DNA of 64,000 nucleotides from a bacterium (GTDB lineage Bacteria > Patescibacteriota > Minisyncoccia > Phycocordibacterales > UBA5272): positions 14,116-78,115 of the forward strand of contig JAYUJP010000053.1 of the NCBI GenBank assembly GCA_043765155.1, in the 5' to 3' direction. A model generated the notes under the pieces. The model did no database searches. It saw only the letters and a program-made list of their open reading frames with translations, and was not told where the DNA came from. Every line of letters starts with the position of its first letter. Position 1 is the first letter of the stretch. The translations under genes were made by a program, and so were the position numbers. Positions 21,013 to 30,427 of the stretch are shown piece after piece.

Positions 21013-21387
21013 CTATTTCTTCATATAACCCTCAACATAATCAACCCACTCTAAATATAAACCATTTTCAAATCCACCTCTAGCTTTTTTCTTTTCATCT
21101 CTTATTTTTAAGACCTCATCCAAGGAGATATTATTATGATGTAGTACGGCATCAATAACTTCTATTAGGTCACCTAACTCTTCTTTTAAGTCACTCTTAT
21201 CAGTCTTATCATAACTTTCTATTACTTCTTGCACTTCTTCTTGTATTTTATCTTTTAGCTTTTCTAAAATTTCTTCTTTGCTTATATACTTGTACGATAT
21301 ATCATCATATACTCCTCCTATCTTTTTATCATTATCCCAAATATCAATCATCTTGTCTCGGACTAATTTGTTATAAACTTTTTTCAT
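21013..21387 (-). CDS. MazG-like nucleoside triphosphate pyrophosphohydrolase (small all-alpha NTP-PPase)
   Basis: KLVRDKMIDIW start, EELGDLIEVIDAV (EExxD/E metal-binding helix), and a C-terminal KKKARGGF. Confidence 0.7.
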   Translation of the reverse strand: MKKVYNKLVRDKMIDIWDNDKKIGGVYDDISYKYISKEEILEKLKDKIQEEVQEVIESYDKTDKSDLKEELGDLIEVIDAVLHHNNISLDEVLKIRDEKKKARGGFENGLYLEWVDYVEGYMKK

Positions 21388-21460
21388 AAATTAATTATAA
21401 CACAACACAAAAATTTTATATATTTTTGTAAAATATAAAAAGTGTGTTATATTCTGTATT

Positions 21461-23737
21461 ATGAAGTTACTAATAGTAGAGTCACCAGCCAAAGCAAAAA
21501 CTATCGAGAAATATCTCGCTGGTGAGTATGTCGTGCGAGCATCTATTGGTCATGTGCGTGACCTGCCAGTATCAGAATTTGTCTATTTTGACGCAAAGAA
21601 AAGAGTGATAAAAGGTGACGAGCTAAAGCGTACCAAAAAAGTTGATAAAGTTTTGTTAACCAAAAAGTATGCAGTTGATATAGAAAATAATTTTAAACCA
21701 TTTTATATGGTGGATGAAAAGAAATTAAAAGTCATAGACGAGATACGCCAGCTCGCTAAAAAATGTAATACTATATACCTAGCGACTGACCCCGACCGTG
21801 AAGGCGAGGCTATAGCTTGGCATATCAAGGACGAGTTAGGGCTAGATACCGCTAAGCGGGTCAAGTATTATGAGATCACCCCAAAAGCGATAAAGGAAGC
21901 CTTGGAGCACCCCACCGAAATAGATGAAAATTTAAAAGAGGCGCAGGAAGCTCGTAGAGTTTTAGATAGACTTGTCGGTTACGAGCTATCCGATATTATC
22001 TGGAAAAAGGTAAGATACGGCTTATCAGCTGGACGTGTACAGAGTCCAGCTCTACGTATACTTGTTGAGCGTGAAAAAGAAATACAAGCGTTCATCCCTG
22101 AAAAATATTTTGAGCTAACCGGTGACTTTAAGACAGTAGGCAGAGCCAAAGAATCTAAAAGTTATAATCTTATTTTTAGCTGCGACGAGGTGCCAAAAGA
22201 AATAGAAAGGGTGAACGAGATCAAAAATCTAGGTGAAAATGAGCATTGGAAAATAGCAGAAATAAAAGAGTCCGACGCTAGTCGCTCGCCAAATGCTCCG
22301 TTCACTACTTCTTCACTACAGCAGACTGCGAGTAATAGACTAGGCTACTCCCCAAAACGTACAATGCAAATAGCGCAAAAGCTATACGAAAAGGGATTTA
22401 TAACTTATATGCGTACTGACTCAGCTTCACTTAGTAAAGACTTTCTAACTGAAGCTAATGAGTACATAGTAAAGGTGTATGGGACTGATTATGCAAATAG
22501 GACCGAATACAAAACTAAAAATAAAAATGCGCAAGAGGCTCATGAGGCGGTACGCCCTACACACGCGAGTACAAAAGATGCTGGTACTAATGACGAGGAA
22601 AAGAAACTTTATAATATGATATGGTCACGCACTCTCGCATCTCAGATGACAGCCGCCAAAATAAAAAGAACCAAAATAATAGTAGACACAAATAATAAAA
22701 AGGTGGCGAGCTTTTCACTTAATGGATCTGTTCTCGTCTATGACGGATGGCTCAAGCTTGACGTCGCATCACGCGGGGACGATATAGAACTACCTAAATT
22801 AGAAGCTGGAGCTGATATCAAGTTAGAGAAAATTAATTATGAAGAAAAGGCTACCACCCCGCCTAACAGGTACACCGAGGCGGGCCTGGTCAAGGAACTT
22901 GAAAAAAGAGAAATAGGTAGGCCTAGTACTTTTGCTAGTATAGTCTCTACAATACAAGATAGAGGTTATGTTGATAAAAATGGTAAGACACTGTTTCCGA
23001 CCACAACAGGTATAGTTGTCTCAGACTTTTTGACTGCGCACTTTGCAAAATATATTAGTGATGACTTTACAAAAGATATGGAGGATAAATTAGACAATAT
23101 CGCAAATGGTACTGAAAAGTACGCGGATATGCTGCGTGAATTTTACACGCCATTTCATAGTGATGTAGAATCAAAGCAAGATATAGACAAAGCAACCGAC
23201 ATTAATCCAGCCCCAGAAAATATAAGATGTCCACTGTGTGCTAGTAGTATGTTAGAGAAGTTAGCGCGTAATGGGACATTCTACTCCTGCGTAGACTTTC
23301 CAAAATGTATGGGGGCGAGAAAAATAGATGGTAGCATAATGGAGCCGCCAAAGGCTCTGGATAAAAAATGTCCTAAATGTACTGAGAAAGGTGTCGACAA
23401 TAATCTGGTCGAGCGTGACGGAAAGTTTGGAAAATTTATAGCCTGCTCAGCTTATCCAAAATGTAAATACATAGAAAAGTCAGAAGAAGAAAAAGCCAAA
23501 AATAATACTGGAGTCAAGTGTAACAAATGTAGTGACGGATATATGGAGGAAAGAAAAGGTAGATTTGGACCATTTTTCTCTTGTAATAATTATCCTGATT
23601 GTAAGCATATAGTCAAAACCAAGCCAACAGGAGAGTTCTGTACTGTCTGTAATGAGATGATGATTGAGGGTACCAAAACAATACCAACAAGATGCAGCAA
23701 TAAATCTTGCCCAATGCATAATCCGCATAAGATGTAA
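21461..23737 (+). CDS. topA: DNA topoisomerase I with four C-terminal C4 zinc ribbons
   Basis: Toprim N-terminus (LLIVESPAKAKTIEKYL), the active-site Tyr region, and four C4 zinc ribbons at the C-terminus. Confidence 0.95.
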   Translation: MKLLIVESPAKAKTIEKYLAGEYVVRASIGHVRDLPVSEFVYFDAKKRVIKGDELKRTKKVDKVLLTKKYAVDIENNFKPFYMVDEKKLKVIDEIRQLAKKCNTIYLATDPDREGEAIAWHIKDELGLDTAKRVKYYEITPKAIKEALEHPTEIDENLKEAQEARRVLDRLVGYELSDIIWKKVRYGLSAGRVQSPALRILVEREKEIQAFIPEKYFELTGDFKTVGRAKESKSYNLIFSCDEVPKEIERVNEIKNLGENEHWKIAEIKESDASRSPNAPFTTSSLQQTASNRLGYSPKRTMQIAQKLYEKGFITYMRTDSASLSKDFLTEANEYIVKVYGTDYANRTEYKTKNKNAQEAHEAVRPTHASTKDAGTNDEEKKLYNMIWSRTLASQMTAAKIKRTKIIVDTNNKKVASFSLNGSVLVYDGWLKLDVASRGDDIELPKLEAGADIKLEKINYEEKATTPPNRYTEAGLVKELEKREIGRPSTFASIVSTIQDRGYVDKNGKTLFPTTTGIVVSDFLTAHFAKYISDDFTKDMEDKLDNIANGTEKYADMLREFYTPFHSDVESKQDIDKATDINPAPENIRCPLCASSMLEKLARNGTFYSCVDFPKCMGARKIDGSIMEPPKALDKKCPKCTEKGVDNNLVERDGKFGKFIACSAYPKCKYIEKSEEEKAKNNTGVKCNKCSDGYMEERKGRFGPFFSCNNYPDCKHIVKTKPTGEFCTVCNEMMIEGTKTIPTRCSNKSCPMHNPHKM

Positions 23738-23906
23738 GGCTGTATAAGGTTTATAATGCAAGATTAAATAAATTATGTAAAAGACTTGACAAATAATTAT
23801 GATTAGTGTATAGTATATGTTATACAAGTCGTATTTAAAAACTCTCTCTATAAATTTTAAAGAAATTTAAATTTATTTAGAGTAAAATAGTCAACAATAA
23901 AAATAT

Positions 23907-24092
23907 ATGTCAGCACCACACACAGAATCAGAGGGAATGGGAGCAGTAGGAAAAGCAATACTAGTAGGATTTTTAATATTAATACTCGCCAATGGTAACC
24001 TATCAGGACCTATGCAGTTCGCAGTATTAGGAGCAATAATAACTTACTTTGTAGTAACAAAGGGGGCAAAGTCAGAAGGTGGAGCTCATTAG
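23907..24092 (+). CDS. Small hydrophobic membrane peptide, 61 aa
   Basis: Sits between a strong promoter (TTGACA-17-TATAGT at about 23798-23826) and a strong terminator (24121-24150). Two predicted TM helices. Confidence 0.4.
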   Translation: MSAPHTESEGMGAVGKAILVGFLILILANGNLSGPMQFAVLGAIITYFVVTKGAKSEGGAH

Positions 24093-24120
24093 TTCTTATT
24101 CTCTTCTCAACATAATAATA

Positions 24121-24150
24121 GGCGACACCTTCGGTGTCGCCTATTATTTT
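24121..24150 (+). terminator. Rho-independent terminator (UUCG-tetraloop hairpin plus T-tract)
   Basis: GGCGACACC-TTC-GGTGTCGCC followed by TATTATTTT. Confidence 0.7.
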
Positions 24151-24166
24151 GTGTTATAATATTTTG

Positions 24167-25234
24167 ATGCAAGATACTAATTTAAAAAAAGAAAAAGAAA
24201 GTAACTCAGAAAATAAAGATTTAAATAAATATGACTCAAACAAATATTTAAAAATAGAAAAAGAGTCTTTTGAAAACTATTCGCTACTGAGTGATCTAAA
24301 TCAGATAAATCAAATACCAAAGCAGTTATATTTTTATGGAAATAAGGAGTTACTGGATGCTAAGAAAAATGGCAGTAAAATATTGTGTGTAATAGGCTCA
24401 CGCAAAGCGACAACTTATGGCAAGGAAGCTGTCGACTATTTAATATCTGGACTACAAGGTGAAGATATAATTATAATCTCAGGTCTCGCCCTTGGCATTG
24501 ACTCATGCGCGCATAAAGCAGCGCTCAAATATAATCTCAAGACTATAGCCTTCCCAGGATCCGGCCTTGATGATGAGGTGTTATACCCGCAAAGTAATAT
24601 AAAACTTTTGAACGAGATCATAAGTAGTGGCGGCGCTGCAGTATCAGAATATGAACCCGATAGTAAGTCACAAATATATTATTTCCCCGCGCGTAACAGG
24701 CTTATGGCTGCAATTTCAGATTTAGTTTTAGTAATAGAGGCAGAGGAAAAATCTGGAACGCAGATAACAGCGCGCCTCGCCCTCGAATATAACCGAGACG
24801 TCGCCATAGTCCCCGGCTCTATATTTTCAAGTCATTCACGCGGCACTGCCAAGCTATTTAAAGACGGCGCCTACCCAGTGATGTCTAGTCAGGACATACT
24901 CGAACTACTAAAAATAGATAATAATTACGACTATGTAACCAACCCTAATTCTCTCTTTGATAATGAAAACCTAGATGATGCAAAAAATAAAAATCTTAGT
25001 AAAAATTCTAATAAAAATAACTCCCAAAATCAAAAAACTTTTAACTCTAAACTTTTTGAAAGTCTTAGCGATCAGGAAAATGCGATTTTAAAACTTATAA
25101 GTAGCCCAGTACAGAAAGAAGACCTGATAGAAAACAGCGGGTTACTCGCTCATGAGGTGCTAATAGCATTAACTAATCTAGAATCAAAAGGCATAATACG
25201 CGATAACTTTGGCGAGCTGATTAGGGTAAAGTAA
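24167..25234 (+). CDS. dprA: DNA processing protein DprA/Smf with C-terminal extension
   Basis: GSRKATTYG...SGLALGIDSCAHKAAL...FPARNRLMAAISD...VVEA...SGTQITA Rossmann core. Start set to the ATG at 24167 (MQDTNLKK), because the track's GTG at 24134 lies inside the upstream terminator hairpin. The extended -10 tgtgttataat ends 6 nt before this ATG, so the mRNA is leaderless. Confidence 0.85.
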   Translation: MQDTNLKKEKESNSENKDLNKYDSNKYLKIEKESFENYSLLSDLNQINQIPKQLYFYGNKELLDAKKNGSKILCVIGSRKATTYGKEAVDYLISGLQGEDIIIISGLALGIDSCAHKAALKYNLKTIAFPGSGLDDEVLYPQSNIKLLNEIISSGGAAVSEYEPDSKSQIYYFPARNRLMAAISDLVLVIEAEEKSGTQITARLALEYNRDVAIVPGSIFSSHSRGTAKLFKDGAYPVMSSQDILELLKIDNNYDYVTNPNSLFDNENLDDAKNKNLSKNSNKNNSQNQKTFNSKLFESLSDQENAILKLISSPVQKEDLIENSGLLAHEVLIALTNLESKGIIRDNFGELIRVK

Positions 25235-25235
25235 T

Positions 25236-25478
25236 CTACCCAAATACTCTTTTGACCTTATCACGGATTAGGAGAAATATTTTTTCTATTTTTGGATATT
25301 TTGAAAATTTATTTTCTATATAAGATTCAAGTCTAGGATTCTCTATACTGAGTATTATAACACCGGCTACAATCAAAACAATTCCTGGCATAACTGGTAC
25401 TATCCAGCCAATAAAACCTAGTATAATGAGTAATATTGCAATGGTATAGTTAAAAGATGATTTGAGATGAGCCCTCAT
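25236..25478 (-). CDS. Small membrane protein (PGPGW-like transmembrane motif)
   Basis: GWIVPVMPGIVLIVAG motif, 2 TM helices. Confidence 0.4.
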   Translation of the reverse strand: MRAHLKSSFNYTIAILLIILGFIGWIVPVMPGIVLIVAGVIILSIENPRLESYIENKFSKYPKIEKIFLLIRDKVKRVFG

Positions 25479-25515
25479 ATATAGATACTAACAACTTAAT
25501 CTTAATTCTGTGACA

Positions 25516-26757
25516 TTAGCCCCGTACTGCCCTAGCCACTATATCAACACAGGTCTTGTCGAACATATCAGGGAGTATTTTTTCGACTGACAGGTCTGAG
25601 ACATGATAAGCTAACTCTACTGCTATTTTTACAAAAATCTCTAGCTCTATTTTCTTATAAGTCCCTGCATACTGAGCGTCCAGCACTCCGCGCCAGAATC
25701 CCGGAAAGACTAGTGAGTTATTGATCTGATTAGAATAATCACTGCGTCCAGTAGCTATTATGTACGCCCCAGCCTCCTTGGCCTGCTCGGGCATTATCTC
25801 TGGAGTCGGATTAGCGAGGGCAAAAATAATAGGCCTATCATTCATACTTTTAATCATCTCCTCGGTTAAAACATTTGGTTTGGATAGGCCTATAAATACA
25901 TCTGTACCTTTGACAGCATCTGATAAGTCGCCAGAAACTATTTCAAATTTATTTTCTTCTACAAAAAAGTCTGCATAATTATTAATATTAGAATTATTTA
26001 AAAGTTCTATTTTCTCTTTGGTTAGACTTTTTGAGTCATCTCTATTTTTATTTATTATTCCCTTACTGTCCACATAAATAATATTTTTAACTCCATAACT
26101 ATTAAGTAGTCTCGCAGTCGCTACGCCAGCAGCACCAACTCCAGAGATTACCACTCTTACTTGTTCTGGTTTTTTATCAGCTAATTTTAGAGAGTTAATA
26201 AGTGCAGTAAGTGCCACAGTCGCAGCTCCCCACTGATCATCGTGCATCACTGGTATATTAAGCTCGGCTCTCAGTCTCTCCTCTATTTCAAAACATCTTG
26301 GAGCTGCTATATCTTCTAAGTTTATACCGCCAAATACAGGGGCTATATTTTTGATTATCTTTATAATCTCTTCTGTGTCTTGGGTGTCAATACAAATTGG
26401 GAATGCATCTACTCCTGCAAAGCTTTTTAGTATTGCAGCCTTACCCTCCATTACTGGTATGGCAGCATATGAGCCAAGATTACCCAGGCCGAGTATGGCC
26501 GAGCCGTCACTAATAATTGCAACTGTATTTCTCTTTAGGGTATAGTCGCGAGCGGCGGCTTCGCCGCCGCTAATACCTGCACTTTTATAAGCATCACCAA
26601 TAGCAATACTCACAGCCCCAACTCCAGGTGAATAAGCTATGGCAAGATCATCTTTGTTACTCAGTGCAACTTTCCCATTTGTCTCTAATTTACCTCCATA
26701 CTTTTTGTGTAATTCTAGAGCTTCTGCGTTGTAATCATGATTTTTTTCTATACTCAT
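25516..26757 (-). CDS. NAD(P)-dependent malic enzyme (short bacterial/archaeal type)
   Basis: LAIAYSPGVG, ISDGSAILGLGNLG, and the Rossmann GVGAAG motif. Confidence 0.85.
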   Translation of the reverse strand: MSIEKNHDYNAEALELHKKYGGKLETNGKVALSNKDDLAIAYSPGVGAVSIAIGDAYKSAGISGGEAAARDYTLKRNTVAIISDGSAILGLGNLGSYAAIPVMEGKAAILKSFAGVDAFPICIDTQDTEEIIKIIKNIAPVFGGINLEDIAAPRCFEIEERLRAELNIPVMHDDQWGAATVALTALINSLKLADKKPEQVRVVISGVGAAGVATARLLNSYGVKNIIYVDSKGIINKNRDDSKSLTKEKIELLNNSNINNYADFFVEENKFEIVSGDLSDAVKGTDVFIGLSKPNVLTEEMIKSMNDRPIIFALANPTPEIMPEQAKEAGAYIIATGRSDYSNQINNSLVFPGFWRGVLDAQYAGTYKKIELEIFVKIAVELAYHVSDLSVEKILPDMFDKTCVDIVARAVRG

Positions 26758-26769
26758 ATTTTTTATTAT

Positions 26770-26967
26770 TTAAATTTTCACAACTTTCTTGGCTAGACTC
26801 TTTTCCTTTTTAAATTTATTGCGGCATAATGTACTGCAGAATTTTACCTCATCCCAATTACCCCTACTAGAAAGAGACTTTTTGTTAAAAAATAATCTAC
26901 CGCATGCAGCGCAGTCTTTTGATTCTTTTGTATGAGCCACACCTTTAAAATTAGATTTTTTATTCAT
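26770..26967 (-). CDS. DUF2256-like zinc-ribbon protein
   Basis: C-x2-CGRLF...WDEVKFCS-x2-CR pattern. Confidence 0.55.
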   Translation of the reverse strand: MNKKSNFKGVAHTKESKDCAACGRLFFNKKSLSSRGNWDEVKFCSTLCRNKFKKEKSLAKKVVKI

Positions 26968-27077
26968 AGTGTCTTTTTTATTTATTCACTACATTATATC
27001 ACAATTTTATTTATAATTTAATATATTATATGCGGAACTTTTTAAATAATTTACATTAGAAATATTTTGCGAGAATA

Positions 27078-27527
27078 TTACGCACAGACTTTACATAGTC
27101 CATATACTTCAAAATTAACAATATTTGAAGTGTTAAACTTTTTACTTTTCTTAACTATTTTCTTAAGTAGGTCCTCAGTATTTATACCTGAGACTTTTTC
27201 TATAGTCTCGCAGTTATTACATATAACTTTGTGATGATATTCGCCTGTATTAACTTCATAATGAGCGTGACTATGGCTATCACTTGATATTTTATGTGCT
27301 GACTTTTTAATAATACCCACCTGCTCCAAAGAGGTAAGATTGCGATATACAGTAGCCTGATCTATGTCATACTTTTTCTTTATGTCCTCGATTAACTTAT
27401 GAGCTGAGATTGGTGACTTGGACTTAGCTATTTTAGTCAATATATTATATCTATGCTCAGTATATTTTAATCCGGCCTCTTTTATCATTTCGACTATTTC
27501 ATTTTGGGTGTATGATTGCATTTCCAT
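27078..27527 (-). CDS. Fur-family metalloregulator (Fur/Zur/PerR)
   Basis: ATVYRNL DNA-binding helix, HSHAH...H-x-C-x2-C and C-x2-C metal sites. Confidence 0.85.
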   Translation of the reverse strand: MEMQSYTQNEIVEMIKEAGLKYTEHRYNILTKIAKSKSPISAHKLIEDIKKKYDIDQATVYRNLTSLEQVGIIKKSAHKISSDSHSHAHYEVNTGEYHHKVICNNCETIEKVSGINTEDLLKKIVKKSKKFNTSNIVNFEVYGLCKVCA

Positions 27528-27599
27528 ATTAGTATAGCATTTTAAATATTATGTGTAAAACAAGATAAAAATTTATGTTATTTATAATATAATAAGTAT

Positions 27600-29126
27600 A
27601 TGAATATAGATACAAACTTTAAAATAGAAATAGATAAAAATATCTTGGATACTTACTCGACTGATGCTAGTATATTTAAAATTATGCCTAGCGGAGTGGC
27701 AAAGATTGGTAGCGTGGAACAAGTAAAATATCTTATAGAAAATAAGATAAAATTCTCACTACGAGGAGCTGGTACCTGTATGAGTGGTGGATCTTTGACT
27801 GAGGAGATGCTAATAGATACTCTTAACCTAGACAAGATAATAAGTCAAGACGAGCACTCTATAACTACGCAGCCTGGTATTATGACTCGTGACTTACTTA
27901 CTTATCTTGAAAAAAGTGGACAGATATTTGCACCATATACTAGCTCCAAAAATCTCTGCTCTATTGGAGGTATGCTAGGTAACAATTCTAGCGGGGAAAA
28001 GTCTCTTATGTATGGCCCAACTTCTAAAAATGTTTTGGAATTAAAAATACTTTTAGCTGATAATAATATATATCATGCAAGAGAAAAAGAAATAGGCCGG
28101 GAAAATAATTTTGAAAAAGAAATACTAAAATTGATAATAGACAATCAAGAAATTATAAAAAATAATAAACCTAATACTCACAAAAATGCAGCAGGATATA
28201 ATATTTGGGACTTGCTAGATTTTGAAAAAAAGACTTTTAACTTAACCCCTCTTTTTATCGGAGCTCAGGGTACGCTTGGATTCATAACTGAGGCTAAGCT
28301 TAAAACTATAAAAATACAAAAACATAATAACATGATGGTAGTGCCTCTAGAGCATATACATGATCTGCCATATGTAGTGCAGACTATGCTAAATTATAAA
28401 CCTACCAGTGTAGAATGTTTTGATAATGAGACTTATGACCTAGCCAAAATACATATGGCCAAAGATGCTGAGCATGCGATACTATGTAAAAATAAAAAGA
28501 TAATAGTATTTGTAGAATTTTGTAGTGATGACGTCGAGGAAAATATATCTAAATTAAAATCACTACAAAGTGAAATGCATGCAGCAACTATCAACTCTTA
28601 TATTTTAGAAAATGAAGAAGAAAGAAATGCTTATTGGAATATAAGACGAGCGAGCTTTGGCCTACTTCGTGACTTTGCGCCGTCCGGCTATAAAGCTATA
28701 CCAATTATCGAGGATACTATAGTAAGCATTGAGCATTATGACAATTATCTAAAGGAGCTACTTGAGATAATATACAAGTATGATATGCGCTACACTTATG
28801 CTGGTCATATCGGGGACGGATCAATACGCTTAATACCACTTGTCAAAATAGGTAAAAGTCAGGACGAGAATAATATGATAAAAGAAAATATTTTAAAAAT
28901 GGCTGAGGAGGTGTACGCCCTAGTGCAAAAATACAAAGGCTCCATATCATGTGATCATAATGATGGGCTAGCTAGGTCATACACTCTGGGCACTCAATAT
29001 ACGCCAGAGATTTTAGAAATATTTAAGAAAATAAAAAATATACTTGACCCAGATAATATTTTTAATCCTGGCAAAAAAGTTTATGCAGAAAGTAGAAACT
29101 ATGTGAAGAGTAAGATAAATATTTAA
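27600..29126 (+). CDS. FAD-linked oxidase (GlcD/D-lactate dehydrogenase-like, PCMH-type FAD-binding domain)
   Basis: LRGAGTCMSGGSL FAD-binding motif. Length 508 aa. Confidence 0.7.
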   Translation: MNIDTNFKIEIDKNILDTYSTDASIFKIMPSGVAKIGSVEQVKYLIENKIKFSLRGAGTCMSGGSLTEEMLIDTLNLDKIISQDEHSITTQPGIMTRDLLTYLEKSGQIFAPYTSSKNLCSIGGMLGNNSSGEKSLMYGPTSKNVLELKILLADNNIYHAREKEIGRENNFEKEILKLIIDNQEIIKNNKPNTHKNAAGYNIWDLLDFEKKTFNLTPLFIGAQGTLGFITEAKLKTIKIQKHNNMMVVPLEHIHDLPYVVQTMLNYKPTSVECFDNETYDLAKIHMAKDAEHAILCKNKKIIVFVEFCSDDVEENISKLKSLQSEMHAATINSYILENEEERNAYWNIRRASFGLLRDFAPSGYKAIPIIEDTIVSIEHYDNYLKELLEIIYKYDMRYTYAGHIGDGSIRLIPLVKIGKSQDENNMIKENILKMAEEVYALVQKYKGSISCDHNDGLARSYTLGTQYTPEILEIFKKIKNILDPDNIFNPGKKVYAESRNYVKSKINI

Positions 29127-29232
29127 AATAAAAAAAATATAAAGTATAAAAATACTAATTTATTAAATAAAAATAAAAAACAGGACTATGATTTCTCATA
29201 ATCCTGTGTAAAGTTTTAGGTTTTTTTTATTT

Positions 29233-30315
29233 CTAACCTAAGACTAAATTAAGTCCTAGACCTGCTACTGCCACAAAAACTGTATAAAAAGATATTAAGC
29301 GTATTGCCGTCATCTTATCATACATCTTTGCTAGTATAAACATTTGCGGTATGCTGGTGAGCGTAGCCGCTAACATCCAAGCTACTAGGGTTCCAGTAGC
29401 AACGCTACCAAATACTCCGGCCATAAGGGCGAGTGATGAAGCCGCATTCACATCAAGCGGTACCCCAATCAAAGCAATTAGCGGAGCATACCATGAGTAT
29501 GCAGCTGACTTGAGCAGCTCGACAGGCACTGCGTTAAAATGAAATAACGCCGCCGCGAATGCTCCAGTCAGAATGAGAGCAACTAATAACTTAGCCATCA
29601 AATGCCTCGTCTCGCGAAAAGCTTGCAGAAATACGTTCGTCTTAACTTCACAGTCAAAACATTTGACTACTTCTGTATTAAGCTTCTCTCGAGTAATACC
29701 GATCCAGCCTGCGAACTGCGCTGTAAGTAATGCCCCGACAAAACCAATAACTAGGTAAGCTGCCACAAGTGGTATGCCGCCAATATAAGCCATAACTGCT
29801 ATAGCAAATACGTTCATAGACGGTGCCGCAAATAAAAATACAGCTGATGACTTGGTTGACGCCCCGCCTTGTATTAGCCCTGCGTATATAGGTGCCACCA
29901 CACAAGAGCAGACAGGGGTAATCATACCAAGCAAGAATCCTTTTGACTGCCCCACTAATCCATCATCGCCGATACTATTTTTCAGATACCTTGTAGGTAT
30001 AGAAAGGCGTATAACTGACAAGACGTAAGTAGTGACTCCCAGAATAATTGGGAGCTTGACCACCTCATAGATAAAGTACGCAGCAGTCTTTTGCACTACT
30101 CCAGGCTCCATCCAAGACGTAGACCATGCTCCGATATATTTTCCAAAATTAGCCACTGATTTTTCTGGATTCCACATATTAACTTTGAAGTTCGCATTAC
30201 CAATCGAATGCGTTACAACTAGCCATATCACTCCTAATATAGCTAAAAATATGGCCATAAAGACCAGATTTTTATTTATATTATTTTCTACTTTATGATC
30301 CATAATTTTCTCCAA
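29233..30315 (-). CDS. ArsP/UPF0718-family permease (TP-x-CSC motif)
   Basis: ITPVCSCVVAPI motif, about 8 TM helices. GC is well above neighbours. A canonical SD (GGAG, 8 nt upstream) is present, unlike native genes. Confidence 0.6.
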   Translation of the reverse strand: MEKIMDHKVENNINKNLVFMAIFLAILGVIWLVVTHSIGNANFKVNMWNPEKSVANFGKYIGAWSTSWMEPGVVQKTAAYFIYEVVKLPIILGVTTYVLSVIRLSIPTRYLKNSIGDDGLVGQSKGFLLGMITPVCSCVVAPIYAGLIQGGASTKSSAVFLFAAPSMNVFAIAVMAYIGGIPLVAAYLVIGFVGALLTAQFAGWIGITREKLNTEVVKCFDCEVKTNVFLQAFRETRHLMAKLLVALILTGAFAAALFHFNAVPVELLKSAAYSWYAPLIALIGVPLDVNAASSLALMAGVFGSVATGTLVAWMLAATLTSIPQMFILAKMYDKMTAIRLISFYTVFVAVAGLGLNLVLG

Positions 30316-30379
30316 TTTTTAAGTTAAGAACTATTTCGGTTTTACCCTGGCAATAATACTATCACAAAAATATTACGGA

Positions 30380-30394
30380 TGCAAGTAACTTGCA
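30380..30394. promoter_or_regulatory. Perfect 7-1-7 inverted repeat TGCAAGT-A-ACTTGCA in a divergent promoter region (candidate operator)
   Basis: Read directly. Lies between the permease (-) and the COG0523 gene (+). Confidence 0.4.
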
Positions 30395-30427
30395 TTTAGA
30401 CAAAATATACTATATAATAATTATCAT

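Noticed and set aside
24134-24166. Track-predicted GTG start of dprA
   Set aside because: It lies inside the upstream terminator hairpin, before the -10 element. The ATG at 24167 with a leaderless promoter is more plausible.
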